Shown in pieces: positions 40,093 to 55,242 of a stretch of DNA of 64,000 nucleotides. Origin of the DNA: Trichinella spiralis (taxonomy: Eukaryota); assembly GCF_000181795.1 (NCBI RefSeq), contig NW_003526941.1, positions 6,554,428 to 6,618,427 of the forward strand, read 5' to 3'. Both the position numbers and the translations under genes were made by a program. The notes under the pieces are model-generated. The model had not been told where the DNA came from. It was given only the letters and a program-made list of their open reading frames with translations, and made no database searches. Position 1 is the first letter of the stretch. Every line of letters starts with the position of its first letter.

Positions 40093-40653
40093 TTAATATT
40101 CCTTTAATAGAGGATCGGAGTAAGAAACCCATGGTGGGCGACGTTTAATTCGAGAGACGGTAGCACCGAGATGAGGCCATTGTTGCATAAGTTGATTAAC
40201 TTGGGAAAATGATAGTCTGTTTGAACCGGGTATTAACAATCCTTCTTTTAACGATTTTTTAAGCTCTTGCGCTGCAGCCCTCTCTTTTTCAAAACACTCA
40301 TTGAACGCTTTCACCTCTTCTGAACATTCAGAATTGTCAAACTCATTCTTCTTTAAACAAGCGAGCAGCACAGTCATTTCGTAAACACAAATCTTTGCTA
40401 AAATAATACATAATCAATTACTAAACAAAGTAATGAACATTAACTTTAGCTTTTTCACGTAAAATATATAGAAATAAAAATTTACATATAAATAAACCAA
40501 TCAAAGCAACTATAAAAACTTACGATTGACACGGTCGTATTTGGAAGATACACAATTCTTCAATGCTAGAGGCAGTATTTCACGAAATTTCCATTCTTTC
40601 GGAAGTATTCTACGACAATTTAGTTTCTTCAACAAAATTGGGGTGTAAATCAT
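40093..40653 (-). CDS. CHCHD1: CHCHD1 / mitoribosomal protein mS37 (twin CX9C), 2 exons (40653-40524, 40397-40093)
   Basis: LPLALKNCVS, CVYEMTVLLACLKKNEFDNSECSEEVKAFNEC (twin CX9C), QVNQLMQQWP. Confidence 0.85.
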
Positions 40654-41452
40654 AAGTTTTAAGCGAATCTTCTTCGAAGAAGAAGAATCCACGTTGTAAA
40701 AAGTTGACTTACAGTAAGCTATATGTACAATAAAGGATAAATATAGCATCGCGTTTTAAATTAAATGATAATTATTAACATCTGAAGTATATAATAATAA
40801 ATGCCTTGAAAAACAACATTAATTAGATTGCTTTTATATTATGTAAAAATTTTAATAGTATTTTACACTTTTAAATAAATTTTAATAAAATAACAAGTAT
40901 AAACAATTGTTCCTACTTGAACAGTATTTAAAAATTCAGTCAATCAACATTTCAGAATGTTATTATGCAAAAAATTTATAATTATTTATATATAAAAGGT
41001 TTACTGAATTACAGCATTCCCATGTGAATGTATCAACAACCTTATCTATTATTTACACTTGATAATCATCACACTCACCGTAATAAGTTCTTGGTATAAT
41101 ATTTGCCGTTGATTGTTTGTATGACTTTCCTTGCTGATAATGAATAAGTGTATTAGTCAGAAGCTCTTCTGACAGAATATTTTTTGAATAATTATGAATA
41201 TTCTGCTTAATTCGTTTAATTTTATTAAAATTAATGACTAGTTTTTCATATTGTTTAAATAATCATTTTTGGTTGCATACGAATAATTCGTTGATTTGAA
41301 TCTCCGCTTGATATTATACATTCCTTTCGAGTTCACTAAAAAGATGAATTTCATTTATTAATAATCGGACAACTACTCAATTACGATGCAACTGCCTCAG
41401 TATAAATTTTTTGTGTTCTAAAGTTGTTTGATAGCATCAAATTGCAGCACTT

Positions 41453-42829
41453 ATGGAACTTCAACCATTGCATTACGTTATTCGAACAGCGGATCGAGCA
41501 AAAACAGTGGAATTTTACACTAAGACACTTGGAATGAAAGTATGCAATTATATGCAGGTAAATAATAGTCATTTATCTTTTTAATATTTCATTATGCAGA
41601 TTCTTCGTCACGAAGAGTTTTCTGATCCTTGCAAAGCAATGTGCAACGGGTATTTGTTTTGAAATTTTTTGAAAATTATTTCATTTTTAAAATTTAGACC
41701 ATTTGATGGAAAGTGGAGCAAGACGATGGTCGGTTATGGACCAGAGGAGACACATTTTGTAATTGAAGTGGTTTACAATTATGGTGTGACCAAGTACGAT
41801 TTGGGAACTTATTTCGGAGTAAGATTTCTTCTGCCTTCTTTTACTTTATACTTAATTATATACTTTTCTGTAGGCATTCACAATTAAATCACATGACGTT
41901 TATGAAAGGGCACGCGATAAATCGAGAGCTGATGGCGAATTCGTTTGCAGAAGGGACTGTAATGGTTATTTATTCTGCATTTTCAATACGCCCAAAGACA
42001 GCTACCAAGGTACAGATTTGCAATGCAAATTGCAAAAATTACAAATTTGTAAATTATTTTCAGATCCTATCTGCAAATTGGCATTGAATGTGAAAAATAT
42101 AAAAAAATCTGTAGGTAAGTTGAAAATGAACATTATAACTTGTAAATTGGTCTTCAATATCTCATGAGAGAATTTCAAAGCTTACTATTCGAAATTTGAT
42201 GAAGCAACAGTAGAATATGCTTCTCCAACGTCTGCTACATTTCATTTTCCCGACAATGATGTAAGTGTTGTTTGTATTTGGTAATCGAATCATTTTATGT
42301 ATCAATTTTCAGTTTGACTTGGAACTTGTCGAATTGCGTGATCGGGCATTTTTGAGTGGTAGCGGCTGCGGACGCATAGCATTTGCAGTTCCAACTGATT
42401 TGGTTATAAATTCTTTTTCCAGTCTAAGCTATATTTTATTGTATTATAAACATTATAGTTACTACATTATCAAGAAAAGTTTTCTTCAACTGAAGGAAAA
42501 ATATTGAACAATATCACTTCACTGGAGACGCCAGGCAAAGCGACAGTGGAAGTTCTAATTTTAGCCGATCCTGTAACAACTTTTCTATTTAACTGTCAGG
42601 ATAGAAATTATCTTATTTATTTTAAAAGGATGGTCACGAAATTTGTATAGTGGGAAGGGAAGGTTTCATGCAACTTTGTGTAATGGATCCGAAAGGTGCT
42701 GAACTATTCAACAATGTAAAACACTTACATTTTTATTTTTAACACTTCACACTGTGATGAAATTCACCATTTCAGGCCATTCAGGAAGAACGTGAATTGC
42801 GTTTAATTGCAGAGAGTTTTGGCGCCTGA
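41453..42829 (+). CDS. GLOD4: Glyoxalase domain-containing protein 4, multi-exon
   Basis: [85 protein letters not shown]. Confidence 0.95.
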
Positions 42830-43582
42830 TCATTTATCTAATTGATAAATAGTAACACAACTGATGGACCCACAACGAACAAATTTTTTTAGGCTCACTC
42901 TGATTGGTGTATTTATTTTATTGGTTCTTTTTGTTTTGAAAATTTGATGAAAACAGTTTAGGTGAATTATGAAAATTTGGAAATAAAATTAATTTGGATA
43001 CATATATATATATATATTTTAAGAAAATCTGAAACGATTTTACATAAAATACTTTGACCAGCATAGCCAACAGAATTCTAAGCTATATATGCACCCATAA
43101 GAAGAAGAAGCACAGCAAAATTCCGTCGCCAATATTACCTTAAAAGAATCAAAAACTGACTGACTACAGTTTCTGATTTGATACCGAATAATATCAATAT
43201 CATACAGATATGCAATTTTCTATTTAATATTGAACAATATACTAAAACCAGCTTTGTAGAGACTTTTTGTTTACAAATTTGATAAAACAAAAGAATGAAA
43301 GTATCATGGTTTTTGGAAATTAATCATCAATGTCTTTGTCACAGCAATCAACTGTACATTAAAAGATGAAATGTATTTGCTTACGATATATTGCTTGAAT
43401 GGAACAAATGTGTAGAATTCTCCCCCCCCCCCCATCTCAGTCAATCTCTGCTCAGCCTTGGTGTAATTGCTATTGTCTGACTGTTAAAAAGCACTCGAAG
43501 TGAAATGTACCATTTCAAAAAAAATAAGGCATACATCCACCGGGGCGTTGAAGAAGCACAACTGAGAGAAGACGGATCCTCT

Positions 43583-45569
43583 TTAAAAATGACCACCAAC
43601 TGATACAGGTGATGGATGGACCGAGTTCGTTGTAGAATCATAAAATGTTGGCTTAAAATGAAAATTTGAAATATAATAATAACAAAAAACTGAAAAACAA
43701 AAATACGACAAATTCTACTGCTTACTTCGGGTGTTTCATGGATAGGAAAAGTTTGTTTGTTTTCATCCTCATCACTGCTATCTTCTTCACCACTGCTTTC
43801 AGCATTTTCATCTAAAATAATCAACAACAATAATAATAATCATAATCACGTTGTTTTCAAAGATATAAATTTCAAACGAACGATCGTAGCCAGGTGAATC
43901 AACAACATCTGAACCGGTCATCAACGACAATTTGTTAGCGTCTGTCAACTTTTGGAAACATGTCAAGCAAACACGCAACGGTTTGTTGGACTGATGAGGC
44001 AATAAGAAACGTTTGTTGGAACAAGACCCGCAAACAACTAAACCACACTTTCGACAATGATGCTGAAATATTTCAAACAAATGAAAAGTTAATTGAAATT
44101 ATTAAAATAATAAACCGGAGATACCCTGCGCTGAAAGACGTTAAACTGAACTTTTTCGCAATGCATGCACATAGGCGCTTCGCTGTCCGGAATCCAGACG
44201 GCGGCGTGAACTGTAGCTGCAGTTTTCCCACCTAAAAGTCACATCCTTTGTTTAAAATAAATTAAAATAAAATTATATTTTCTTTTCAAAAATCTCATCA
44301 ATTACTCAGTCTCTAAAAAAACATGCATATAAATAACACAACCTTGCCAATACCGACATTAATCATGAGAAATAGTTTAAAATGCCAACCAATAACAGCG
44401 TTTTCTGCAATTAAGCTAACAAAAACACACTAATTATGCAAAACAGTGTAAAGCTAAAATCTCTCCCACACTAGAAACTGGAAATTCGAGAAGTTGATGT
44501 CACCAATCCCAACAATCCACCCCAATCAACAATATTTATCACGTGCAAAAGCAGGTTATAAACAGTTCAGTGAAAATGAATAAACTGCCCAAACTTTAAC
44601 TGTACTAACTTTTGGCAAGCAAGTCCACTACACAACGTTCAATATGAATCATCCATTCACGTTTTTCAGAACTTGTTGCTGCGTAAACGGCAAATGATTT
44701 TGTCGGCGTTTTGATAAGCCAACCATTACGCAATTCTACATCAAACGTACAACAAGTATGATGAAAAGTAAACAAACGAACCGAATAACAATATTTTACC
44801 TCCTTCATCTTCGAGATTATCAAGTCGCACGCCATCCAAAGGAATGATATGCTGCTTATTGAATTTGCGTTTCGAGATAACAATATTACCATAAACGAGA
44901 ATATCATTGAACAGAAAGAACTGACGAGTTTTCGGTTTCTTGCGGCAAATTTTTACAAGCACACCTTCGCCAACTAGCACTCGACCGGGTATCGCCAAAG
45001 GCTAATATATATACATATATATTGAACAAGGGATGGTCAACAAAGGAGACCTGGTTTTTTTTGCTTTTCCAAACTCACTTGCCCAGAACTGCCAAAACAG
45101 TGCTCCACATTCGAAATACGACGGGCGTTAGCTTCACTGTTCACTTGAAAATAAATTATCAAATCATCACTTGTGATAAGAAGCACAGAAATCGCCAAAC
45201 GTGCTTATGCTACATACAAATATTGATGAGGAAGAAAACAAATTTAACTGTTACAGAATAACGTGCACTGCATAAAAACAATAACTCGTTGCAAACAAAC
45301 TTTTGCAAAAATAATATGAATAAAACAAAAATAGCTCATAGCTTTTCGTTAAATATGAAAAATTCTTATTACGAATACAAAAAACCCCCATTATACCAAT
45401 TTTTCAACTTCACCAAATATCTTTGCCTAACTGTAATAATTAGTGATGAAAAAAATGAACAATTCTACTGTTAAGGTGTGCCAGAAATGAAAACTTCTAT
45501 GTTTGGAAAGAATGCATTGCACAAGTTGTACATCGAATAGCAAAATTATTTACCTAAACGATCTACCAT
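43583..45569 (-). CDS. PLEKHF2: Phafin-2 (PH + FYVE domain protein)
   Basis: MVDRLVNSEANARRISNVEHCFG, PGRVLVGEGVL, FFLFNDILVYG, AAVWIPD, RHHCRKCG..VCG, RVCLTC, acidic tail SSGEEDSSDED. Confidence 0.95.
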
Positions 45570-47058
45570 ATTAAGGAGCGAAACTTAAAGTTCGCTTGAT
45601 TAGCAAAAATAAAAGTACTACACGAAATTAAAATGCTAAATGCTTTTCCACTTCAGCGCATGCTTCTTACTGTAAATAATTTACCAAAAAGTAAGAAGTA
45701 ATAGGCATAATACATTCAAAATTAATTAGATTACATTGAATGAATTAAAAAAAGCATAAAATTAATTTAATCATCATGGATTATAATTAAATTAAAAAAA
45801 TTTTGAAACTGTATGTGCAATATGGCAGCAATAATCTACAAGTAAATTATTAACAAAAGTTAATGTATATGAGCAATAAATATTTCAAAAAATGAAAAAT
45901 TTATTTAAAAATTATGTGACATGATAACGAGTGCTAATTTATTTAACTTTTACTTTTATAAACAGCAGATATAATGACGAATACTGTACATATAATTAAT
46001 TGCTAAAAAATTGAAAAAGAAAATTCAATTTTTAAATAAAAAATAATCTTTAATGATATAGCATCCTAATTATGATGATAAAAGAAACTTAATATCAGAT
46101 GAACATTATTTGTTGAATAATTTACCGCATTTTTTGAATTGTTCTACTTATTTTCTCCTACTGTACATTCTGCGAAAGTTTACTGTTATGATAGAATGGC
46201 TCAAGTTTATGAATTTATGGAAACAGAAATTTCAATTACGAGTACACATCAAAACTGAACTTTGCTCACTACGTTAGTCAATGCTTGTATATTCTAGATA
46301 GCTCTTATATTCATATCGAAAATTACGGTGCTATTTTGAATTTTAAGATTGTTTTACCCATGAAAACTACTTTCTTTATGGTAAGAAGCATTTTCTTTTA
46401 ATATTTCGAATGTATTATTTCTCATATTTTATTTACGACCGAAACTTGATTGCGGTGATTGTAAACTAAAGCAATGAAATGTCGTTTGACGAAAATAAGT
46501 TGAAATTGGAAGTTCCATATGAAAAACATTTGAACTGACTATGTAATCATATTATAATGTATACATGGCAACGAAATAACTGACAGTCATTTTGAAAGTA
46601 CACGTTTAAAACTGTATTTAATTTTAATATCATATTTGAATTTAAAGAGAGTTCGTTACTGATTTAAAGCTTTAATATTCTATACTTTTATTTCTTAAAT
46701 GACAAAGATAAGTTTTGCCATTTTTATTTCATGCTATTTTTAAATTTAAATTTGAAAATTTTAGTTTTTATATTAACTTTAATAACTTTTCACTTTGAAA
46801 ATTGTAATAAAAGTATTTTCTTATTTTGTTTCATTACAGTAAAGTGGAAAATGCATTTAATTTAGTGTTTAAAATACGTGACGATTGAAGATATTTAAAA
46901 TTTAATGTTTATTGTTTACATTTGTATATTACTATCAGTGTATTTTAATGATTTGAGTTTTAAAGCGATTTCCATTAAATTTTGTTATCGTTTTGATTGT
47001 TTCAATGCAAATTATTTGTTGAATTCATGCAAAAAGACAGCTTTGCAGATATCAAACA

Positions 47059-49042
47059 ATGAATCCATCTACACCATGTCGTGCGGAAAGCAGTTCTTCA
47101 ACTTCTACATCAACTTCGTCGAACATGACTTCCGGAAGGGTGCGTTTCTATCAACGTTACAGAGACTTCATTAAACGGGGTCTTAGTCCGTTGGTTGACT
47201 CTGATAGTCAACGGCCAGAAATGCTGAATCGTTATCGAGGCAGGCAGCTCATTTCCATTATGGAGAATCAGCCGAATGAATTTCTCCGCGACTCAGAAAT
47301 CACGCCCAAAAGAGATATTGTCCAAATTAAACAAACTACACAACCTCGTTCGTCGAGAATATTCACTTCGACAATTGGACCATATTATATAAGTACGCCG
47401 TTGGCAAAGAATGACAGCAAGAGAGATATTGCTACTAGCACACCACGTTCCAGGCATCGGATTATTAATCCATTTGATGAGAATTTGCTGGAAAGCTTGA
47501 GTCAGCCAACTTTTAGTCCAAATGTGTTCAGCAAAATAGTCAGCCCTTCGGAGGTTTAATCATCATTAATTAATTATGGAATTTGCTTGTCTTCAATTTT
47601 TGCATTTTTTAGAACGAATCCAGGGCAAGCTTCCGGTGGTCCATTGATCAGTTGGCATCGCTGCAGCCGGCTGAAATTGACGAAGAACAACAGGCTACTT
47701 CTTCGGATAAGTAAATTTTTTAATTTCATTTTTGCAATTTCTTGTTGAAAAATTCAATTTCAGAGATTCAGATATGGAATCTAAAATTCAGGCTACAATT
47801 GATAATTTTTTTTCACAAGGTCTCATAGCACCTTCGCCGGCGTTGCTTCAAGAAGGCGCTGTTGCACCACTTAATCAACAAAATCAAAGTAGTTCATTGT
47901 TATTAAGATCCGGGGTTAGAAGTGTCCCGTGTCAAACGTTGCTAACTTTTCCATCAGGTTTTGATATCAATACATTTTTCGGTATGCAATTAATTAATTA
48001 ATTAATTAGTTTATTAATTAACTCAAGTTTTACCGTTCAGCTGACAGTGTTTTTTGGTATAATGATAATGAGCAATCGTCAAGGGATAAATCGACTTTCA
48101 ATGTCAGTTCTCTTAGAAGGCAGCTTTTTCCAAGTCCTCCGGAAAATGTTGAAAATGAAACGCAAATGTAAACTGAACAATGCTTTATCTTGATAGCGTT
48201 ACCTGAAGCTTTTTTCATTTGATTTTTAGTGAGGCTGTTCAACCTATTTCGCCAAAAGTTGTGGAATTTTTGTATGACAGCCAATTGGATGAAGAACTCG
48301 ACGCACCAGTATGCAAATTATTATAAATTTTTTTAAAAGTTGTTAATTGTATTTGATGAACTTTGTGCAGTTTGTTTTACCGCCCGATTCAGGTGGTTCG
48401 TTCAAGCGTTCTTCTTGGCCTTCTTCAGATAGGACAATTCCGAATGACTTTTCTCCGGTTGTTCCTCGACCAAGTGACGAAGAAAAGGATTCACATTCAA
48501 GTGAACAAGAAACCGCACTTCTTACCACTCTGCAAGATGAAAGTGCATTCGGTTTGTCCAGCTTACGTATAAGTATGCTAATTTATTTAACTTGTCGATT
48601 GTTACATATATATTGGTTTAAAAATTCAATTCATGCAGAATCGCAACCAAATTTGGAAATGGAACTGAATAGACATCAGTTGAACGATGAATCAATGCAC
48701 ACACAATGCAGCAGCAGAGATTGTAGGGATGATTTCGAATTGCATAATTTGCATCGTCGAAGTAGTACAATGGAGCAAGATGGCCAGAGACTGACTGGCC
48801 TATGGGTGGGCAGCTCAGTACCGAAAGTCTACACAAGTCGACCGTTGATCACGAATAACACAACCACCACGAGCACAACAATGGTTACAGATAGCGGCTT
48901 TTCGTCAGCCAATTTCACTTCATCATCATCATCATCAGCTAATCATACTTCGGCTCAGTCGAAACCTTTGACTAGCGAGCTTGACGAAATTACCTGGCTT
49001 CCAAACTGTGCCTCCACTCCTCATCGTAATACTCAACAATGA
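47059..49042 (+). CDS. BORA: Aurora borealis (Bora, Aurora-A cofactor; spat-1-like), multi-exon
   Basis: IINPFDE, FSPNVF, FRWSIDQLASLQPAEIDEE, IQATIDNFFSQGLIAPSP, CQTLLTFP, SLRRQLF, DSGF degron-like motif, C-terminal STP. Confidence 0.85.
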
Positions 49043-49141
49043 AGAGGATCGTTTTTATTTGTTTAAATTTTATTTTGTTTTTGATTTGTTTAAACTATCG
49101 AATAACATATTAATAAATTTATATATGACTAAATTACCAAA

Positions 49142-52128
49142 TCATGTTTGTAAATTTTGGGGTATGCAGCGTTTCAGCACGTTATTTATCAAACGATGTA
49201 CATCGTCGTTGTTGCATTCCACAGTCTAAATATAAATAATAAAACAAACAAATAGAACATCTCGTTTCATATAATTATATTTAAAAACGTTATTATGATT
49301 GTTTTTCTCTACAAACCTTTTCATCCAAATCAATAACAGCTACTTTTTCGTCGATTTTCACCTGCAATTTCGAACCACTTGGACATTTCTGTTCAACTAG
49401 TGTCTCTTTACCGAACATGTCAAGTAGCATATCGGTTACGCAAACTCTATACTGCTGGTTCAAATCACCATCTATACTTAACACAGGAATATCTGAAAAG
49501 AAAACTTTTGTAGTTGTAGAGCATGAAATGATAACAAATGCATTATGCAAAATACCTGCCAATGCAATTTGCCCTGTTTGCGCTTCTAAAACAGCGGTGA
49601 CAATCGTATCTGCATACATATCGTTTACAGGACTTGAAAACCACTGAAAGAATCTTTTTTACAGAAAATAATAAAATCTAATAAACAATAAACGATACTT
49701 CGATTTGAATAACAGGAATTTTGACACGAATAGTGATCACTTTGAACGCTCGTAACAATTTGCCTTCTCCATCTTTATATTCTTCTAGTATTTCCAATTT
49801 ACCAGCGGTTACTTCATTCAAAAAGTAATTCAACAACGTCAAATGCCCATTAAAAAATACATTTTCAGTTTGTAAAATATTTCCTTTCGATAAATCAGTA
49901 TAACCTTAAAAATTGAAATAGTAAAAAAGATTTCATATTCAAAGCATATCATACTTGAAACATCGTTCGAGTGCATCAAATGATAGTCGAAATTACGCCT
50001 GATCATCACGCCCGATACCACGTCCCCGTGCTCAGCTTTTTTCGTCGCCATTTGACCAACCACCTACAATGAGACCAATATTTTTTTCAGAAAAAAGACA
50101 AAATACGATAATGGTTGTAATAATTCAACTTTTGTTGTTTTTTCCCCTCGAAAATGCAACGACACTGGTTCAGTATTTCTGGGACTGAACGACTGCATAC
50201 AGGTCGGATCATCTTCATATTCACGCATAATGGCCGCTTTCAGACGTATCATCTCTGTCGCCTCTCCATGTACGAAAACTAAATTTGGAGGTTTCAGGCG
50301 ACGAATAAATTCCGACGTTTGCTTGTAATCAGCATGAGCCGAAAAGCTCACATAAGCCACCTTCAATTCAGTAAAACTTTGGTCGATTTAGATTTATACA
50401 CAAATATGCACAACTCTACCTGCATCCGGAGGGCTAATTTCGCGCCATTCAATCCGACAATTTCTTTCGGCTCGCTTAAAATGTGCTTGGCAAGCGTACC
50501 TTCAACACAATAGCCAGCAATAATGCAACCATTCTTCGTATCTGTACACCACATTTCAAACAATTCACGACTCAATCCACTCTGTATGAAAATAAGATGC
50601 TTCGATAAGAAGTTATTTACCGTATTCTATTGAATTCACTTACTTGCAACATGCCCGGACTGGCAAGAACTACGCACGGTCCGATATCTTCAAAAAAATC
50701 AATAGACCGTAAGCTGCGTACGTGCTTGAAAAGAAACGGATTTTGCACGGCAATTTGCTTTTGTATATTTTGATTCATGCCACTTATAAATGTCTGATAG
50801 ACGGCCATGCACTTTTTAGCCAAAGAGCTTGCAAAAAAAATTGGAATATTCTGCAGTTCAGCATGTTTGGTCCAAAATTCATCTGTTCAAATTAAAAACA
50901 AAAGAATTTAAAATGTTCACAGTCAGAAACTCATAAAAATTACCCAATATCAATAATAATTCTTGTGCACGACCGAGAGCAAATACTGGAATCAAGCAAC
51001 GTCCTCCACGTGACACAATAGTATACACCATGGAAGTGAAACGATGCTCACGATCTTCACGATTTTCGTGAATTTGAGTACCGTATGTAGATTCCTAAAC
51101 AATAAAAAATGTCTATCAATATCAACTAAAAATTCAAAAAAATATATATATAAGCCATACTGCAATCAGAACGTCTGGTCTTATGCTGGGTACTTCAGCA
51201 GCGCAAAGATGACGATCTTCTAGTCGAGAATAATCGCCAGTATACAATATCTAAAAATAATTACTAAACATTAAATGCTTTCAGTACTCAAGAAATTTAA
51301 ATTACCCTAACACCAGCAATTTCAATCATGAACATACAAGCACCAAGAACATGCCCAGCCACGTAACACCAAAATTTAATACCATTCACTTCTTTTTGCT
51401 TAAAACAGAGAAAAAATATTTATCCAAAATATTACTTTAAAAGTCAGTGTACCTCGTGAAAGTCTATTAGTTCAATTTTATCCATACTTTTTTCCAATTC
51501 GTCTTCGGAATACAACATTTGATCAAGTCCAATGTTACTAAAAGAAGAACATCAGCACATAAGGCAAAGTAATAGGAAATAAACAATTTGTTTAAAGTTA
51601 AAATGCTAAAATTAACAATACCAACCTAACTTTGACATAATCGGACAAGATTATCGGGTAAATTGCTTTGGTTGCATGTGTCATAAAACAACGCCCTCGA
51701 AATGTTGTTTTCTCCAAAAACCATGGCAGACCACCACAATGATCCAAATGAAAGCTTTAACATTTTCAAATGCATATTATAAGTTATATAATTATAGCTG
51801 TATGATTGAAAAAACTTACTGTGTAACAAGCAACAAGTCAACCTTTTCACAGTCGATAGTGTCAACAAATGGTAAAGCATCAACTCCATTTAAGCCAGGA
51901 TGAATACCACAGTCAAGCTATAAAGATACACGTCAAAGTAAGGATTACATGATATGCAAAAAAATTACCAAAATACTTTTCCCTTTAAACTGAATTAAAA
52001 TACAAGAACGACCGACTTCTTGACCTGCTCCACTAAAAAGTATTATGTAAATACAGTACTTTGCACTGAAATTCATACAGTGGCTTTATGATTAATTCGT
52101 CATCTTCGCCTTCCAAAACTTCAGCCAT
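49142..52128 (-). CDS. CPSF3: Cleavage and polyadenylation specificity factor subunit 3 (CPSF73, beta-CASP endonuclease)
   Basis: [70 protein letters not shown]. Confidence 0.97.
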
Positions 52129-53069
52129 TTCAATTACTCCTAAACGAAGAAAAAGCCTTACAACGTGAGGAAGACTATGGAAATAATAAAACGCTCACCA
52201 ATTTGTAAAATTACTAAAAATACTTAATGGGTACAACACTTACTAAAAAATGAGTTCAAAAAGATATGCAAAAAAATCATATCGCGTGACAATAAAATTA
52301 AAAAAATTCAAGTTCAATAAAGTGATATATTCAAGCACAGTATCGAAATTGCAATAAACTACTTAAGATAAAGTTTTTATAGTCATAAAATAAACGTGAC
52401 ATTTTGCATTTGCAAATTTTAAGGATATTTCATTTATACATCTTTTTAGGTAAAAGCATTTGTATGTTATTATAATTTATATTGGACGACAGTATCCTTA
52501 TTTTGTAAATTTTATTTTTTACAAAAATTAATTGTTTAAAAGTAAATTACATCCTTAAAATAATATCAAAAAGTCTGCCTACATTGCAAATTAAGATAGA
52601 AAAATACTTCAGACTGTAAAAATCTGGGTCACATTTTGTTTTCATCATTTTCATTTAGTGAAGCTTTAAAACCGTATATTATGTATTTTAAATTAAATAT
52701 TTTGGAATACCTCAAAATTAAATAATTTATTCTCTTAATTCAATATTATTTTATATATTATCCATCATTTCGTTTATTTTAATAATGTAGTTTTGAAAAA
52801 ATGTTAAAATGAATTTGTTGTAACTTTTTTTCAATGAAATGCAAGCATAAATGATGAAACGCAATTTTGCTATGAATAATTTTCGTGTCTGTGGAATATG
52901 ATTTTTTAAAGTGACAGTCTAAAAGTGTCGTCATATTTTTAAATAGTACCTGAATATTATTTTGGAAAGTTTTGTCTCTGTACTGTTGCTGTGGCTAGTA
53001 TAGTGATATCTCTCATTAACTGCGGAGCTGTTATCTATAATTGAGAATTTGATTGCGACTATCCGGCTG

Positions 53070-54030
<961 letters not shown>

Positions 54031-54406
54031 AATTAGCCGTCTCATTTGTTGCAGATTGGTGAATGGTGGAAATACAACACTCTCTTGTTCTCAAGATCTG
54101 CTGACAATACGTACTTTTTTTTCTCTGTTTTGCTTTGAACTCCATTAAAATTTTCACCTGATTTATTGATTTGCAAACTGCTGCTACTGTTACTGCATTT
54201 GATTAGTGATTTGTTCACTATGTGAATTTTCATACGTACAAAATAGTGAAGCTGAAAATGCATTATACGTTTAATAAATAAACTGAGTACTTAGTTTCAC
54301 AGAAATACGGAAAAGAGATATGATCTGGCAATGCAAAACAATTTCAAACACTTCTAATTAATGTTTTTGGTAAAATAATGAACAACGCAATAAATTACAC
54401 TTCTTT

Positions 54407-55242
54407 TCAACTTTTCTGAGTTGCATCCCTTTCTTCTTTCATCATCGGTGTTTTTGATGCTAACCTTTGTTGCGTGCGAAACGAAATTCCAGCATTCACT
54501 TGATTAAGAGGCGCTAACTGCAAAACTTGTAACTCACTACCATTATTGACCGTAACATATTGCGGCTGTGAATTTTGACCATTTGGCCCTGGCATCGACT
54601 CGACAAACATTATAGGAACAGGATGACTTGATCCTGGTTGTGTGAGGTAAGCAATCTGTCCTGGAGCAGGTAATGTTGGTGCATTTTCGCCGGAGTCAGG
54701 TGATGCTGAAGACAAAATAAATTAACAAAGAAAAGACATTTCAGATGCATATAGTAGAAGAAATGTAGAAAAATCAGTTTCAACAGTTTACAAAATGCAA
54801 CACATACGCGCACGTATTATGGGCACAGGAACGGTAACTTTTTCCTCTGCATCGCCTGCGCTGGATGACGTACTGTGGTCTGAGGTGGCTTTTTCACTTT
54901 TCGGAACTGATCGAAACTTTTCCAAACAAACTGCCATAGTTGGTATATAATCTTCAAAGTCCAATCTTCGCAGTGCCCACATAATGTCATCTCCACTGAT
55001 CGTTTTTCGCTTTTCAATTACGCATCGTTCAGCCGCTTCGCTTGTAATAAATGTAACAAATTCAGAAACGCATTCCTGACAGCACTCTTTCGCATCTTTA
55101 GCAATTTTCCCATTTACCGGTACCCATCGTTTCATTATTCTTGCAACATTTGCTGAAAAGTAACATTTCACAATTAATATGCAAATAAAACAAGAAAAAG
55201 CACATTACCAATTGGCAAAAAGCGATCTTGATCACGAATCAT
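54407..55242 (-). CDS. NFYB: Nuclear transcription factor Y subunit beta (histone fold); 5' end uncertain
   Basis: [18 protein letters not shown]...[42 protein letters not shown]. Confidence 0.92.

Noticed and set aside
48347..49042. 231-aa uninterrupted BORA terminal ORF as a single exon
   Set aside because: It contains an AT-rich, frame-preserving GTATGC...CAG segment (~48573-48638) that looks like an ordinary intron; retention cannot be shown from sequence.
49646..49698. CPSF3 intron starting GTATCGTTT as a possible U12-type intron
   Set aside because: It deviates from GTATCCTT and lacks a TCCTTAAC-like branch point. No AT-AC or convincing U12 intron was found in the junctions I traced.
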